Shown here in pieces: positions 1 through 12,510 of a stretch of DNA of 64,000 bases (positions within the stretch are counted from its first letter, which is position 1; each line of letters opens with the position of its first letter). Source of the DNA: Octopus vulgaris (Eukaryota). The notes below the pieces were generated by a model. It saw only the letters and a list, made by a program, of their open reading frames with translations, had not been told where the DNA came from and searched no databases. The stretch lies in contig OX597815.1 of assembly GCA_951406725.2 (NCBI GenBank), positions 132,680,001 through 132,744,000 of the forward strand. Reading direction: 5' to 3'. The position numbers and the translations under genes were made by a program.

Positions 1-789
1 CATATACATACACAGAGATACATATTGTCTCGTGGTTACAGGAAAGTATACATACGAATGAGTGGGCTAACGAAAGAAACATTTGGGAAGAATTACATGT
101 ATTATTTAACAAACGTTTCACCCTGCTCCATGCATCTAAAACTCATTAAGTACCTAGAGAAGTGTGTGTGTGTGTATTTGTGTCTGTATGTTTGGCTGTT
201 TGTCTCTTCGTTTCCTTGTGTTAATATCTGCTTTTGTAAATACAATTCTAAGAGTATCTTTTTAATTGTATGATTGGCATATTAAATGAAGAGTTGAATT
301 TAAAATTAGTCCGATAGATAATTAAAAATGTCGTGATAAATTGTAATTGATGTTGAAATATACAAAATAATTATTGTAAATTTTATATCAAATTGTAATA
401 AACATATTTAGAAAGCGAAGCGTAGGATGTTAATAATTGAAAGGGTGATGTAAAATATATTATGAATATCAGATGTGGCTATGAAGAAAAAGGAAGAAAA
501 ATATATGATACGAATAAAAAAAAGGAACTTCTAATAAATAAGACAGCAAGTATATTTGAAAATATTACTAATTTTGGTGCAAGACTAACAATTTCGAGGG
601 GTGGTGCTTCATCATTAACATCGACTTCAATGTACGAATCGAAATTTATTTTTATTTAGCCCGTCAGGATGAACGGCATTGACCAGTATGAAATTCGAAA
701 CCAGTGAGTAAAGTGTTTGAAAACTGGTCGCTGAGCATTTTGTCTGGTGCGCTAACAATTCTGCCCGTCATCACCAGAACAACAACAAC

Positions 790-849
<60 letters not shown>
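790..849. repeat. (AAT)n microsatellite (one of many; others at ~1502-1636, 2184-2232, 2391-2484, 4604-4690, 32126-32190, 54347-54587 mixed ATT/ATC, 55878-55941, 56892-56957, 59140-59216, 60769-60814)
   Basis: Direct trinucleotide runs; source of the poly-I/N/Y ORFs in the track. Confidence 0.98.
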
Positions 850-850
850 C

Positions 851-1049
851 CTTCCTACAATAGGCACAAGGCCTGAAATTTAGGAGGTAGAGAGTCGATT
901 ACATCAGCCCCAGTACTCAACTGGTACTTAATTCATCGACCTCGTAAGCATGTAAGAATAAAGTCGACTTCGGCAGAATTTGAACTCAGAACGTAGCGAT
1001 GGGCGAAATATCGCTAAGCATTTCACCCGGCGCGCTAGCTTGCCGCCTT
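851..1049 (-). mobile_element. tRNA-derived SINE family 1
   Basis: Reverse complement of the repeated unit AAGGCGGCGAGCTGGCAGAAACGTTAGC...GAGTTCAAATTCCGCCGAGGTCGACTTTGCCTTTCATCCTTTCGGGGTCGATAAATTAAGTACCAG, which carries Pol III A/B-box-like motifs; a more decayed copy lies at ~575-770. Confidence 0.85.
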
Positions 1050-1062
1050 AAATTATTTCAAA

Positions 1063-1268
1063 TTTTTGCCACAACGGCAGCTTGGGGAACGTGTGGATGA
1101 GTCGATTACATCGAGCCCAGTCTTTAACTGGTACTTATTTTATCGACCCCGAAAGGATGAAAGTCAAAGTCGACCTCAGCCGAATTTGATCTCAGAACCT
1201 AGCGATGGACAAAATACCGATAAGCATTTCGCCCGGAGCGCTAACGATTCTGCCAGGACACCGCTTTA
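1063..1268 (-). mobile_element. tRNA-derived SINE family 1
   Basis: ACTGGTACTTATTTTATCGACCCCGAAAGGATGAAAGTCAAAGTCGACCTCAGCCGAATTTGATCTCAGAAC matches the other copies. Confidence 0.85.
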
Positions 1269-1296
1269 ATCACGATGATATTAATTATTATTATTT

Positions 1297-1502
1297 TTTC
1301 TACTCTAGGCCTTGAAAATTTAAGGGGAAGGGGCTAGTCGATTATATCTGCTCCAGTGCGTGACTGGTACTTATTTCATCGACACCGAAAGGATGAAAGC
1401 AAAGTCGATCTCGGTAGAATTTGAACTCATCGCGTAGCGACGGGCGTTATACTGCTAAGCATTTCGCCCAGCGTGCTAGCGGTTCTGGCAGCTTACCGCT
1501 TT
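1297..1502 (-). mobile_element. tRNA-derived SINE family 1
   Basis: Same diagnostic body as the neighbouring copies. Confidence 0.85.
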
Positions 1503-1540
1503 AATAATAATAATTATTATTAATAATAATAATTATTATT

Positions 1541-1614
<74 letters not shown>

Positions 1615-1635
1615 TAATAATAATAATAATAATAA

Positions 1636-2182
1636 TGCAGTACCAGGCAGTGGCTCCCATGGCTTCTGATCTTAACTGATTGGAAGTGTTATCATGTACA
1701 TTGTTTTGTCTTGGTATAAAAGATGGGCTACAGCAAATATTCTGCTCAATACCACAGATTTGCTTGTCAGTTGTTTGACCTTAACCATTTGAGCATGTCC
1801 CTTAGTGGCTGACGATATGTGCATCTCTAATCACGAGCAGAAGTAGTGGGGAAGCATCATAGCCATGTGTTGAGAGGGATTCTTTGGGGTTTGAATAATT
1901 CACCTCTGGAAACATGGGTGGTTCTTTCAACATCCTTAACCAACCCTTATTCAGGGACGTTTTGAGCAGGATGGGCTACTCAACCTGAAGAATTTTCTAA
2001 CTGGGCCCCACCTGCAAGGTCATGTGCTGTTCATCTTGATATGAGATCACCATGTCGCGCACATATGGTTGTGATGCATGTGCCTGGTGTACCCTTATCA
2101 GACGGGTAGTCATGATGGGTATATTGGGCTTCGTATATTTTACCCCAGTGTCACTTTGATTGCATGAACTGCTCACTCACTC

Positions 2183-2183
<1 letters not shown>
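1636..2183. mobile_element. ~550-bp non-coding interspersed repeat embedded in (AAT)n
   Basis: Recurs at 59217-60022 and as an internally deleted copy at 2233-2389; always next to (AAT)n. Confidence 0.8.
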
Positions 2184-2232
<49 letters not shown>

Positions 2233-2234
<2 letters not shown>

Positions 2235-2387
2235 GCCCTGATATAGTACCAGGCAGTGGTTCTCATGGATGTCCTGATACAGTATGGCTATGATGCATAT
2301 GCCTGGTGTACCATTATCAGACGGGTATACTGGGCTTCGTATAATTTACCCCGCTGTCACTTTGATGGCATGCACTGCTCTCTCACT

Positions 2388-2389
<2 letters not shown>
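2233..2389. mobile_element. Internally deleted copy of the 1636-2183 repeat
   Basis: Keeps the left end AGTACCAGGCAGTGG and the right end GTCACTTTGATGGCATGCACTGCTCTCTCACTCA. Confidence 0.8.
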
Positions 2390-2466
<77 letters not shown>

Positions 2467-2486
2467 TATAATAATAATAATAATCG

Positions 2487-2790
2487 TTTCTACTATAGGC
2501 ACAAGGGCCTGAATTTTGAGGGAGGGGCAGTCGATTAGATCTACCACAGTATGCAACTGGTAATTAATTTATTGCCTCCGTTAGGAAGAAAACTAAAGTC
2601 AGCCTCGGCGGAATTTGAACTCAGAATGTAGCGCCGGGCGAAATATCGCTAAGCATTTCGTCTGGTGCGCGAACGATTCTTGACACTTGGCCAGCAATTT
2701 CGTGGGAAGAGATAAGTCGATTATACCGTCCCCAGTGTTCAAGTGGTACTTATTTTATCGACCCTTAAAAATGAAAGGCAATGTCGTTCG
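2487..2790 (-). mobile_element. SINE family 1 copy plus an adjacent partial copy
   Basis: GGCACAAGG...CTCGGCGGAATTTGAACTCAGAATGTAGCG...GAAATATCGCTAAGCATTTCG, then a second TGGTACTTATTTTATCGACCC. Confidence 0.8.
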
Positions 2791-3392
2791 ACGATGGTAT
2801 ATAATATTCCCCGGAATGATTAAAGGTGCCGTAAAAGAGTCACCGCTGCACCCATCCACATTTAATTTGTTTCATGAGAAATTGCTTTAAGCTGGTTGAA
2901 TAATTACCTGTATAAAAAAAGCACGCACATATATGCATATGAATTTATCTTATAAAATAAAAATACAAAACATGTCTAATGGTCTCATATCCATATTCCA
3001 TAATTTTATATAGATTTCTACACATATAGTTGTCCAATGGTTTTCGTATCATTGTCTATATAGATCGATCATAAATGAAAACATGATTTAGTAAAGACGG
3101 GTTACATAAACATTTTGGAAACCTTTCTCACAAAAACTGTTATAAAACAGTTCTAAAAAACACTAAATAACATTTATATTCAGCCAACACATTCTTTTTA
3201 AAATTATCGCTTATATGTATATACTATGTACATTATACATTATTACATATAAATATGTACACATGCACACACACACACACACACACATACACACATTATA
3301 TATATATATATATATACATACATATATAAGTGTGTGTGTGTGTATGTATATACATATTTATGTACATATGTATTTATGTATATATATGTATG

Positions 3393-3480
<88 letters not shown>

Positions 3481-4601
3481 TGTATATATATATATATATA
3501 TATAAGAATTTACATTTTGATATATATTAGCAATGGACATCGATCGGCAAAGAGTAAAATCGATGTTTTACTAGAATCAATAAATATATAAATATTTTAC
3601 AAAAATCAGGTCAATAAATGCTATAAAATATCTCTAATACCATAAACATAACGTTTATATACACTAGAGTTTTATTTCCAATTTTTTTTTTTTTTTTCCA
3701 TTATATCATTTTTAATTTTTGGGGTCGTGGAAGTGGTACGTTTCATAAACGTACGTATTTCATCTTTGCGGTACCGACTAATAGGCTTCCATAATGCAGT
3801 TTAATAAATGCACATATGTGAATATGTATCTTCAATTTCGTTCCATGCTTAAGCTTATATAAAGATCGAAACTTCAACTTTATAATATTAAAAATTTGTA
3901 GAGTCTCTGCTCTTTCATAAACAAGTTAAGTCTGTAAAAGCCTCAAACATATATTGTGACGAGTAGCATATGTTTGCGTGTATAAGTGTGCGTATGTGTG
4001 TATGTGTGCGTGCGCGCAAAATACCACCACGACTGTCACAATCATATCACGGCCATTGTCAATCTATTACCATCATAATACCACGACCCTCAATATACGA
4101 TACTTACACTTCATCATACACACAAGCACGAAATCATGATTCTATTTTGTAAAACTACATAGAAACCACTTCCACTTAACGAAATATAAATGTATATTTT
4201 GTATTTGCATCATATTGTGATTCTTCAGTGTAGCTGAAGAGAGAAGTAAGTAATTAAAACCACTTTAATATCGAAACGCATCTATGGCTAATCGAAGACG
4301 TGTTGATTCATTGTTTTTCTCTTTGCCTACGTAAAAAAGTGTGTTACTGCCGTGGAGATTCTTACAGTAGTAGAAAACGAATTTTGAACTCCTATTTCTA
4401 AATTCGTATGTGCTGAAGCAATTAGCTGCCCCCTAATTATAATTATGTTTATAATTATAGAATATTCGTATAATTTTACCTATAACCCTTATTTTAACGT
4501 ACCGAGCTACTTGTTAAAATTATAAATTAATTGATTGACTAATTAATTAATTTAATTAATTAATTTTACCCTTTTATTATTAATTTGAAATTATATATGA
4601 A

Positions 4602-4662
<61 letters not shown>

Positions 4663-4732
4663 CATTATTATTATTATTATTATTATTATTAATTTGAAGT
4701 TATATATAAATTTTACCCTTTAATTATTAATT

Positions 4733-4778
<46 letters not shown>

Positions 4779-4783
<5 letters not shown>

Positions 4784-6470
4784 GCAGGTATATATACCTT
4801 GCATGCATACGTACATTCACACATACACATATACACACATACACGCATAAACACACATACATATGCATGTGCCTGGATGCACATACACACGAATATAATT
4901 AGATGGTTATGATACTCGAGTATGAGTGAGGAATTAGATAGGGATTAGGAATTCAAGTGTATATTTTTAAGGTTATTAGGATTACCTAAGGGGATTTGTG
5001 GCAATGTACTGTATGTGGAAATGTACTGTATGGTCGCTTAGGCGTTTAGATTTGTGGTAGAATTTGAATGTGTGAAAAAGTCGGGGGTTGCATGTGCTTA
5101 GTGCCTCATTATGTTTATTTAGCAGTGCTGGAGAGTTGAGCTTTAATATGTGAAGTATCTCCTTCGAGTAAGGTTTGCAGGTTGAACGTTGACTTCGGCA
5201 TTAAGCACATGCAACCACCGCTTTTTTCATACATTCAAATTCTACCACAATCCAAATGTCTAAACGACTATACAGTACATTTCCACAATACCCCTTAGGT
5301 AATCCCAATAACCTTATAAATCTACACTTTAACTCCTAATCCTTATCTAATTCCTCACTCATTCTCGATTATCACAACCATCTAATTACATTCGTGTGTA
5401 TGTGCATCCATGCATATGTGCGTGTGAATGTATGTGTGTGTATGCGTGTATGTACATATGTGTTTCTGTGTGAATGTACGTATGCATGCAAGGTATATAT
5501 ACCTGCGTGTACAGGGGCGATAATACATGCAGATACACGTACATAAGAGTGTGCATGTGCGCATATACATACGAGTAAGCGCTGTATATGCAGATATTGA
5601 TATGTATAAACATCTGTATAAATATATATATATATACATGTCTAATATATATATGTATACATATTCACATATATTTTTTCTTCTACTACTAAACACTGAC
5701 CTGTCCAACCACACAAATTCCTAAATCCTTCATTCCATACTACTACCCCTCTCTCTGCCTCATCACTTAGACTCTGTCACTGCACAATTGACAAACCTTT
5801 AATTGTTATACCTCTCTCTCTCTCTTTCACCCCTCCCATTCCTTCTATCTTTTTATACTCTAATACCTTTCCCACTCTATTTCCCTTATCTTCCCATTCT
5901 TACTTTCAAATTATCTTGACAGACCACTTACTTGTTCCCTTACTTCATTCCTCTCTTCTTGTTCTTTCTTCTTTTCTTATTATTTTATTATTTTCTTCTT
6001 ATTTTCAATTCTTTCTTTTCTCTTTTTTTTCTCTTTCTTTATTCCTCTCTTCCACTTTTCGATTTGACCCTACGAATACATTCCCTACTTTTAGGTCACT
6101 TTAAATAAAACCCTTGATTCAGTAACACTGGGTATAAACTCAATACATGAAATAACCAATTTTAAATACTATAGGATTTTACTCATAAGGTATCGTAATC
6201 TTATATGTATACCATTCTGCCTAAATAATGGATATACAAATACAATATCCCTGCATATCTCACATCTATTTTCATTCCTCCACCTCACTCTCTATTTTGT
6301 ATCATATCTAAATTAACTATCACTTAACCGTCTTTTCACACCGTCTCCGATGAAGGGATATAATAAATATCCTAGAAACAGCTGTAAGATCTATTTATAA
6401 ATGTTCCAAAATCTACACACCCTTGGTTTTTTTAATCTCATTACGGAAAAAAATTATATACATATATATA
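4779..6470 (+). mobile_element. Penelope-like element 3' remnant with an inverted 5' copy and a 3' hammerhead
   Basis: ~320-bp inverted repeat (4779-5105 / 5197-5512). The minus strand of the spacer and left arm reads CKPYSKEILHILKLNSPALLNKHNEALSTCNPRLFHTFKFYH, resembling the PLE GIY-YIG C-terminus. Hammerhead at 6343-6390; flanked by (TA)n. Confidence 0.7.
6343..6390 (+). ncRNA. Minimal type-I hammerhead ribozyme motif (U4C variant)
   Basis: GTCT-CCGATGA-A-GGGATA taataaa TATCCT-A-GAA-ACAGCTGT-A-AGAT: stem I GTCT/AGAT, stem II 6 bp, palindromic stem III, GUA site. Confidence 0.65.
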
Positions 6471-6489
6471 TAATAAATGTGACCGCGTG

Positions 6490-6676
6490 CGTACCGTTGG
6501 CGATTTTTTTTTCCTCTGTCTTCCCTTCTCTGGATCTTTTCTTCTATGTTTCCGACGAAGAGCTCCGCTCGAAACGTTAAACCCTCTTTCTTTCTTTCTT
6601 TCCTGAGCGTCCAATAATACTATATTTGTTCCACGTCCTCGCGTTGTTGTGTTTTTTTGTGTTTTCTTGTTTGGAT

Positions 6677-6680
<4 letters not shown>
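6490..6680 (+). mobile_element. Short hammerhead-bearing repeat (PLE pseudo-LTR-like)
   Basis: Homologous to 14250-14430 on the minus strand; ends in (TA)n. Confidence 0.65.
6548..6582 (+). ncRNA. Minimal type-I hammerhead ribozyme motif (U4C variant)
   Basis: GTTT-CCGACGA-A-GAGC tcc GCTC-GAA-ACGT-T-AAAC: stem I 4 bp, stem II 4 bp, palindromic ACGT stem III. Confidence 0.7.
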
Positions 6681-6719
<39 letters not shown>

Positions 6720-7611
6720 GTAGTCGCCATGATAGACCGCTAACTTCAAAAGTTATTTTATTCTCTCTCAGTTTATTTCTTCGTGTTCCTTTCTGTTGAA
6801 GAGCGTATGCTTGAGACATAAACGACTTTCTCACCCTCCTGAGCGTCAAACTAATACACCTGCTTGTGTTTATACACCTGTCTTCGTCTTTTGTTTTTCT
6901 GTAAATTCCAACTATATATACATATGGGGGTGGGGTATATATGCATTTATATTCATATATATATGTATGTATGTATATATGTATGCATAAATGAAGAGAG
7001 ATTGGGAAATAGAAATTTGAGACATACATATCTGCCTATATATATATACAGACGCGCATATCACACTAACACGCACACACACACACGGACAGAAAACCAC
7101 ACGCACATACTCACATATACGCACACACATATATATACATACATAGATCGGCGTAAGATAGTATGGAGCAAGCATCACGCTACAATAAAAATCAATGAAT
7201 TTCTATAGATATAATACATGTTGACAAATCATGTAAATATTATATTAATATTAGTATACAGCAAGCAACGCAAAATAGTAAAAAATGTTGGATGTATTTT
7301 AATGTCATCTGACATTTCATGGAACAGCATAGATTACGTAGCAAGAATCAAAGTGAAATAAATCTAAAAGAAACAAAAAAAAATGAATAAATCATTTGCA
7401 TAAGTGTTCATTTATCATCAACAAGACCAAGGAAATCAATTACTTTTCTAAGTATCTGCCATATTGCCTGCAAACAATAAATCAAACGCAATACACTCAG
7501 AAGCCAATTTCTGAAACACAATATTCTAAAAATGCCTTCATTATATACATATCTGTATGCGTGTGTGCGCGCGCTCGTGTGTGTGTGTGATTGTGCATGT
7601 GTGTGCCTGTG

Positions 7612-7689
<78 letters not shown>

Positions 7690-10332
7690 TATGTATGTAT
7701 GTATACGTTTGAATGTCTTTTTATATCACGTTTTATACAAAGTCCCAAGAAGTTTTTATTGCAGTCCTGCACAATAACAGTTCGTGACTGCCTTTCTGTC
7801 TGACAAAAAGAAGGAATATGTCTAAATTTTAAGCCTTGATAAACAGCTTTTCATGAATTCTTTACAACTGACTGGTTAATCTGATATTACTGCTAACCGG
7901 ATCTCTAAGTTCTCAGCCCTCGTTTTACCTGCCTCGGTCTGTAGAGCCGCCTGAAACTGGTTTTAAAGTAATAAGAAACCTTAAACACTAGAATGGGCAT
8001 CTAACATCCACGAAGATTATTTTAATCTTGTTAGATATCATCATTTAAATCTTGAAGCAATGCATAGACATATCTTATAAGACACCTGGACTACATTTTA
8101 ATACCAATAACAATACCATTCCTTTCATGTAGAGGCAGCAATTTAAGTGGACAAGAACGTGAACTTCATTGGTTACTCTTACTTTTGATTATGTCTGTCT
8201 TTCAAACATTAAAAAATTCTAGCGGTTTTGCGACATCAATGCATGATACTAAAAGATCTGCGCTGCGTGTCATCTCAAGATCACATTTTATACATATTAA
8301 CAGTTACAGAGTTAGCTTCTTTAGACTTGGCTGTCGTTTTTATGGCATTTCACATTTCAAAAATAATTTCTTTCTTCTTTTCTGTAACTGGAAATTGAGA
8401 ATTATTTTCTTTTCTTACGTTAAGCACAGTCATGTGAAACTCGACGATTTTATCTTATATTCTAAGCATTATTTTCGCATTCATTTTTCTCGCATTGACG
8501 TCGATATTATTTCGGCACAAAAGTTTAAAGCACCATGATCCTCTAAAGCCTTCTTTATCTCTATGCGTTGTTTCAAGATTTGAATGACAAATATTAATCT
8601 TGGTGGATATTGAACCGCCAACAATAATTTTTTCCCTTGTGTTTCATTTTTCCACCTCGAAAATCAATTGTCATTTCGTTTAAAATGCGGCTACTGAAGT
8701 GAATACACTTGTAGAAATTTCGTATTATTTGCCTTTTCACGCGCTTGCTATCAAACCCCAATTTTTGGAAACGTTTTCGGCATTTCTATATTTCTTACAC
8801 GAATTTGGCTTAAACGATATTCTAAAATCATCATATAATAATTTACTATATTTTAATACTTTCATTTTTTTATTTATTATACATTAATGGAAAGAATGAT
8901 ACAATCGTGTCTTAAAATGCATACGTGGTCTACCGTATCATGTTTAGAATGTTGGAACTTATTCAGTTAACGTATCAGCTCTGTCTAGACTGTTGTGTCG
9001 CAGTGTATGCAGTGTTTGTTCTGTGTGCATGGCTAATTATTCCATATTTCGATGGCGTAATTATTCCATATTTTCTCTGTTTAGGAGTATGTTTATTGGG
9101 CTTTTTTTTCCTTCAGAAAATTGTACACCTTTTATGACTGCAAGGAATATTTCTGATAGTGAAAGGAATGGCACTCTTCAGAAAAAGTAATTGAAATCCA
9201 CATTCTATGAGAGAAAAGTTTGTAGCACCATGAAAACTTTCCTTCCTCGTTAGAAATGAGTAAAAGAAGCGAAATAAAGAGTATTGTAAGCTAGGGGCTT
9301 AAGACAGAGTAAATGGCATGAATATACAGACAGGTACTACATAAAAAAGACGCGAAAGAAGGAATATAATGAGCTAGGGGGTATGGATTTGAGGGTAGAA
9401 TCTCATGGATCGTATGGTGGTTATATACACTGTGTGTATGTATGTGCATGTGTGCGTGTGTACGCACACACATACACACACACAGTACACATAAACATCA
9501 CTCCAGCCATGCCATCTCACCTGCAAATCTGCACACGTTGCATATGAACATCCACGTGAGTATACATATGCACGCGAGCACAAAGAAGCGCGCGCACACA
9601 CCACACACGCTCGCACGCACACGCGCACTCACTAGCGCGCGCACAAGCACAAACACACTCAGACGCACACACAAACACACACACGCAAACACACACACGC
9701 GCAATCACACACACACGCAAAGACACACAAACGCAAACAACACACAAATATATACACGTACATACACACTGACGTACGCGAACTTACACACACATACAAC
9801 ACACATGCACATACATATTTACACACAATCGCGCATATGCGGACACAGGATCATATGCTCACAAGCCTCTCAGATTTCACGCCCAGATCCTCTGTCACCA
9901 CCAATTTCCTGTCCAACCACGGTGCCAAAGAAAATATGCTTTTCTCATGTAACTGATGTCCTTAGGAAACAATACTATCTACTGTGACATCAGGTGACCC
10001 TCCTTGACTAATTGTAGCTATTCAACTTGGACTTCTTCTGCAATTTTGTTCACTTGAACTTTCTGCCAGCCTGAATTGACAGGTTCCGTAAAGGGCCAAC
10101 AAAATGTTTTATCATTCAAACTGTTTTGAATAATACCTGTGGCTCCCAATGAATGTGTTGCCTGCCCTTACTTTTGTTTGACTACACACTCATATATATG
10201 TGTGTATATATGTATATATATATATATATATATATTTATTTATTTATTTATATAATAAAATATTAGGGAATAAATCCAAACTTACAGGGAAAAATCAGAT
10301 TTAGGATTAAATCCAATTTTATAGTAAAATAT

Positions 10333-10579
10333 TATATTATATTAAATTAGAGATAAAACCACTATTAGGCAAATCAAACAATGAAAAACATAAGCCAATA
10401 CATAAAATTAATTAATTTATATTATTTCAAATATATATCAAAAGTATAAAAAGTTTAATAAAACTTTTAATACTTTTGATATATACTTAAAATAATATAA
10501 ATTAATTAATTTTATGTATTGACTTATGTTTTTCATTGTTTGATTTGCCTAATAGTGGTTTTATCTCTAATTTAATATA

Positions 10580-10584
<5 letters not shown>
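10333..10584. repeat. Near-perfect AT-rich palindrome with ~124-bp arms
   Basis: TATATTAAATTAGAGATAAAACCACTATTAGGCAAATCAAACAATG... mirrored by ...CATTGTTTGATTTGCCTAATAGTGGTTTTATCTCTAATTTAATATA; centre at ~10458. Confidence 0.95.
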
Positions 10585-11010
<426 letters not shown>

Positions 11011-11331
11011 CACTTATTTGATAAACGTAAATTTAGACTGTAATAGTATGCATGTGTATGTATTAACATTTCTGTGAGTGGTAAATTATCACCGATAAAT
11101 ATTAAACGAAACATAAAACTGATCTGACTCATTCTCATTCCAGAACCACCAGGCTTCAATCATTTGTCAACGAGACCGACATTTTCAGTAATGCTAAATA
11201 CATATTAATGTGACCGGGTATATATCTGAAATATTTCGAATTACATACATGAAAAGTATTACATACATGCAGAGTGACAGTGAGACACAGAGAGTTACAT
11301 ACATACATACCAACACTGTGTGAGTGTGTGC

Positions 11332-11397
<66 letters not shown>

Positions 11398-11410
11398 CCA
11401 TATATACATA

Positions 11411-11448
<38 letters not shown>

Positions 11449-11491
11449 CGTGCGTGAGTGCGTGTGTGTATATGTGTATGTATATAATGTG

Positions 11492-11526
<35 letters not shown>

Positions 11527-11638
11527 ATATTTATTTACGTATGTATATGTGTGTATATATATATATCTGTATGTATGTGTGTGTGTGTGTGCTTATGTGT
11601 ATGTATTTTTGTATGAGATTCGTTGTAAATGCTGCAAT

Positions 11639-11780
11639 ATTTGCATGGCACTGTAAAGTAATCGATTCCATGAATAGCGTTATGTCAACCAATGAGTCAA
11701 GTATTTCGTTTCAAAGACATCAACGTGTTGCCTTGGGAACGACACGGAAGCAGACGTCCTCTTAGTGACTGCGACGTCAG
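11639..11780. promoter_or_regulatory. Candidate enhancer/promoter motif cluster
   Basis: Octamer ATTTGCAT, CCAAT overlapping AP-1 TGAGTCA, RFX X-box-like GTTGCCTTGGGAAC, ETS-like CGGAAG and CRE-like CGACGTCA within 140 bp of non-repeat DNA. Confidence 0.3.
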
Positions 11781-12091
11781 AATGGTCCCACTTTTGACCA
11801 AATAAACAGTTTACAGACATATTAAACTCTTAGCTGAAATGTCTTGAATGTGCCTTTATAGACGCACAAATTATATTATTCATCTCCCCGTGTAAGCAAT
11901 TTCTCTTCAACAAAGTACCGTTTAAAATACCACTAAACGTATTGCTTCACGATACACACACACACACGCACAAACACACAAACACATTCACACATGCACA
12001 GTCGCGCATACACATACGTATATAGATACATATATACATACATACATACACACACACATTTATAACTTTCTTATCTATATATATATATATA

Positions 12092-12492
12092 GGCGCAGGA
12101 GTGGCTGTGTGGTAAGTAGCCTGCTAACCAACCACATGGTTCCGGGTTCAGTCCCACTGCGTGGCATCTTGGGCAAGTGTCTTCTACTATAGCCTCGGGC
12201 CGACCAAAGCCTTGTGAGTGGATTTGGTAGACAGAAACTGAAAGAAGCCTGTCGTATATATGTATATATATGTATGTTTGTGTTTGTGTGTCTGTGTTTA
12301 TCCCCGTAGCATTGCTTGACAACCGATGCTGGTGTGTTTACGTCCCCGTCACTTAGCGGTTCGGCAAAAGAGACCGATAGAATAAGTACTGGGCTTACAA
12401 AGAATAAGTCCCAGGGTCGAGTTGCTCGACTAAAGGCGGTGCTCCAGCATGGCTGCAGTCAAATGACTGAAACAAGTAAAAGAGTAAAAGAG
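12092..12492 (+). mobile_element. tRNA-derived SINE family 2 (CORE-like domain), full length
   Basis: GGCGCAGGAGTGGCTGTGTGGTAAG (A box) ...GGGTTCAGTCCC (B box), CORE-like GGCATCTTGGGCAAGTGTCTT, internal (TA)/(TG) linker, tail ending AAGAGTAAAAGAG. Confidence 0.88.
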
Positions 12493-12510
12493 TATATATA
12501 TATATATATA

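Noticed and set aside
851-1502. Regularly spaced repeats resembling a CRISPR array
   Set aside because: Stacked ~200-bp SINE copies in eukaryotic DNA; no short identical repeats with unique spacers and no cas genes
3215-3591. ORFs rich in YI/CV/HT (and the many similar ones across the window)
   Set aside because: Translations of (TA)n, (TG)n and (CA)n microsatellites
4227-4290. CTGAAGA...GAAACGCATC hammerhead-like spacing
   Set aside because: Stem I and II pairing are out of register; at best a decayed relic
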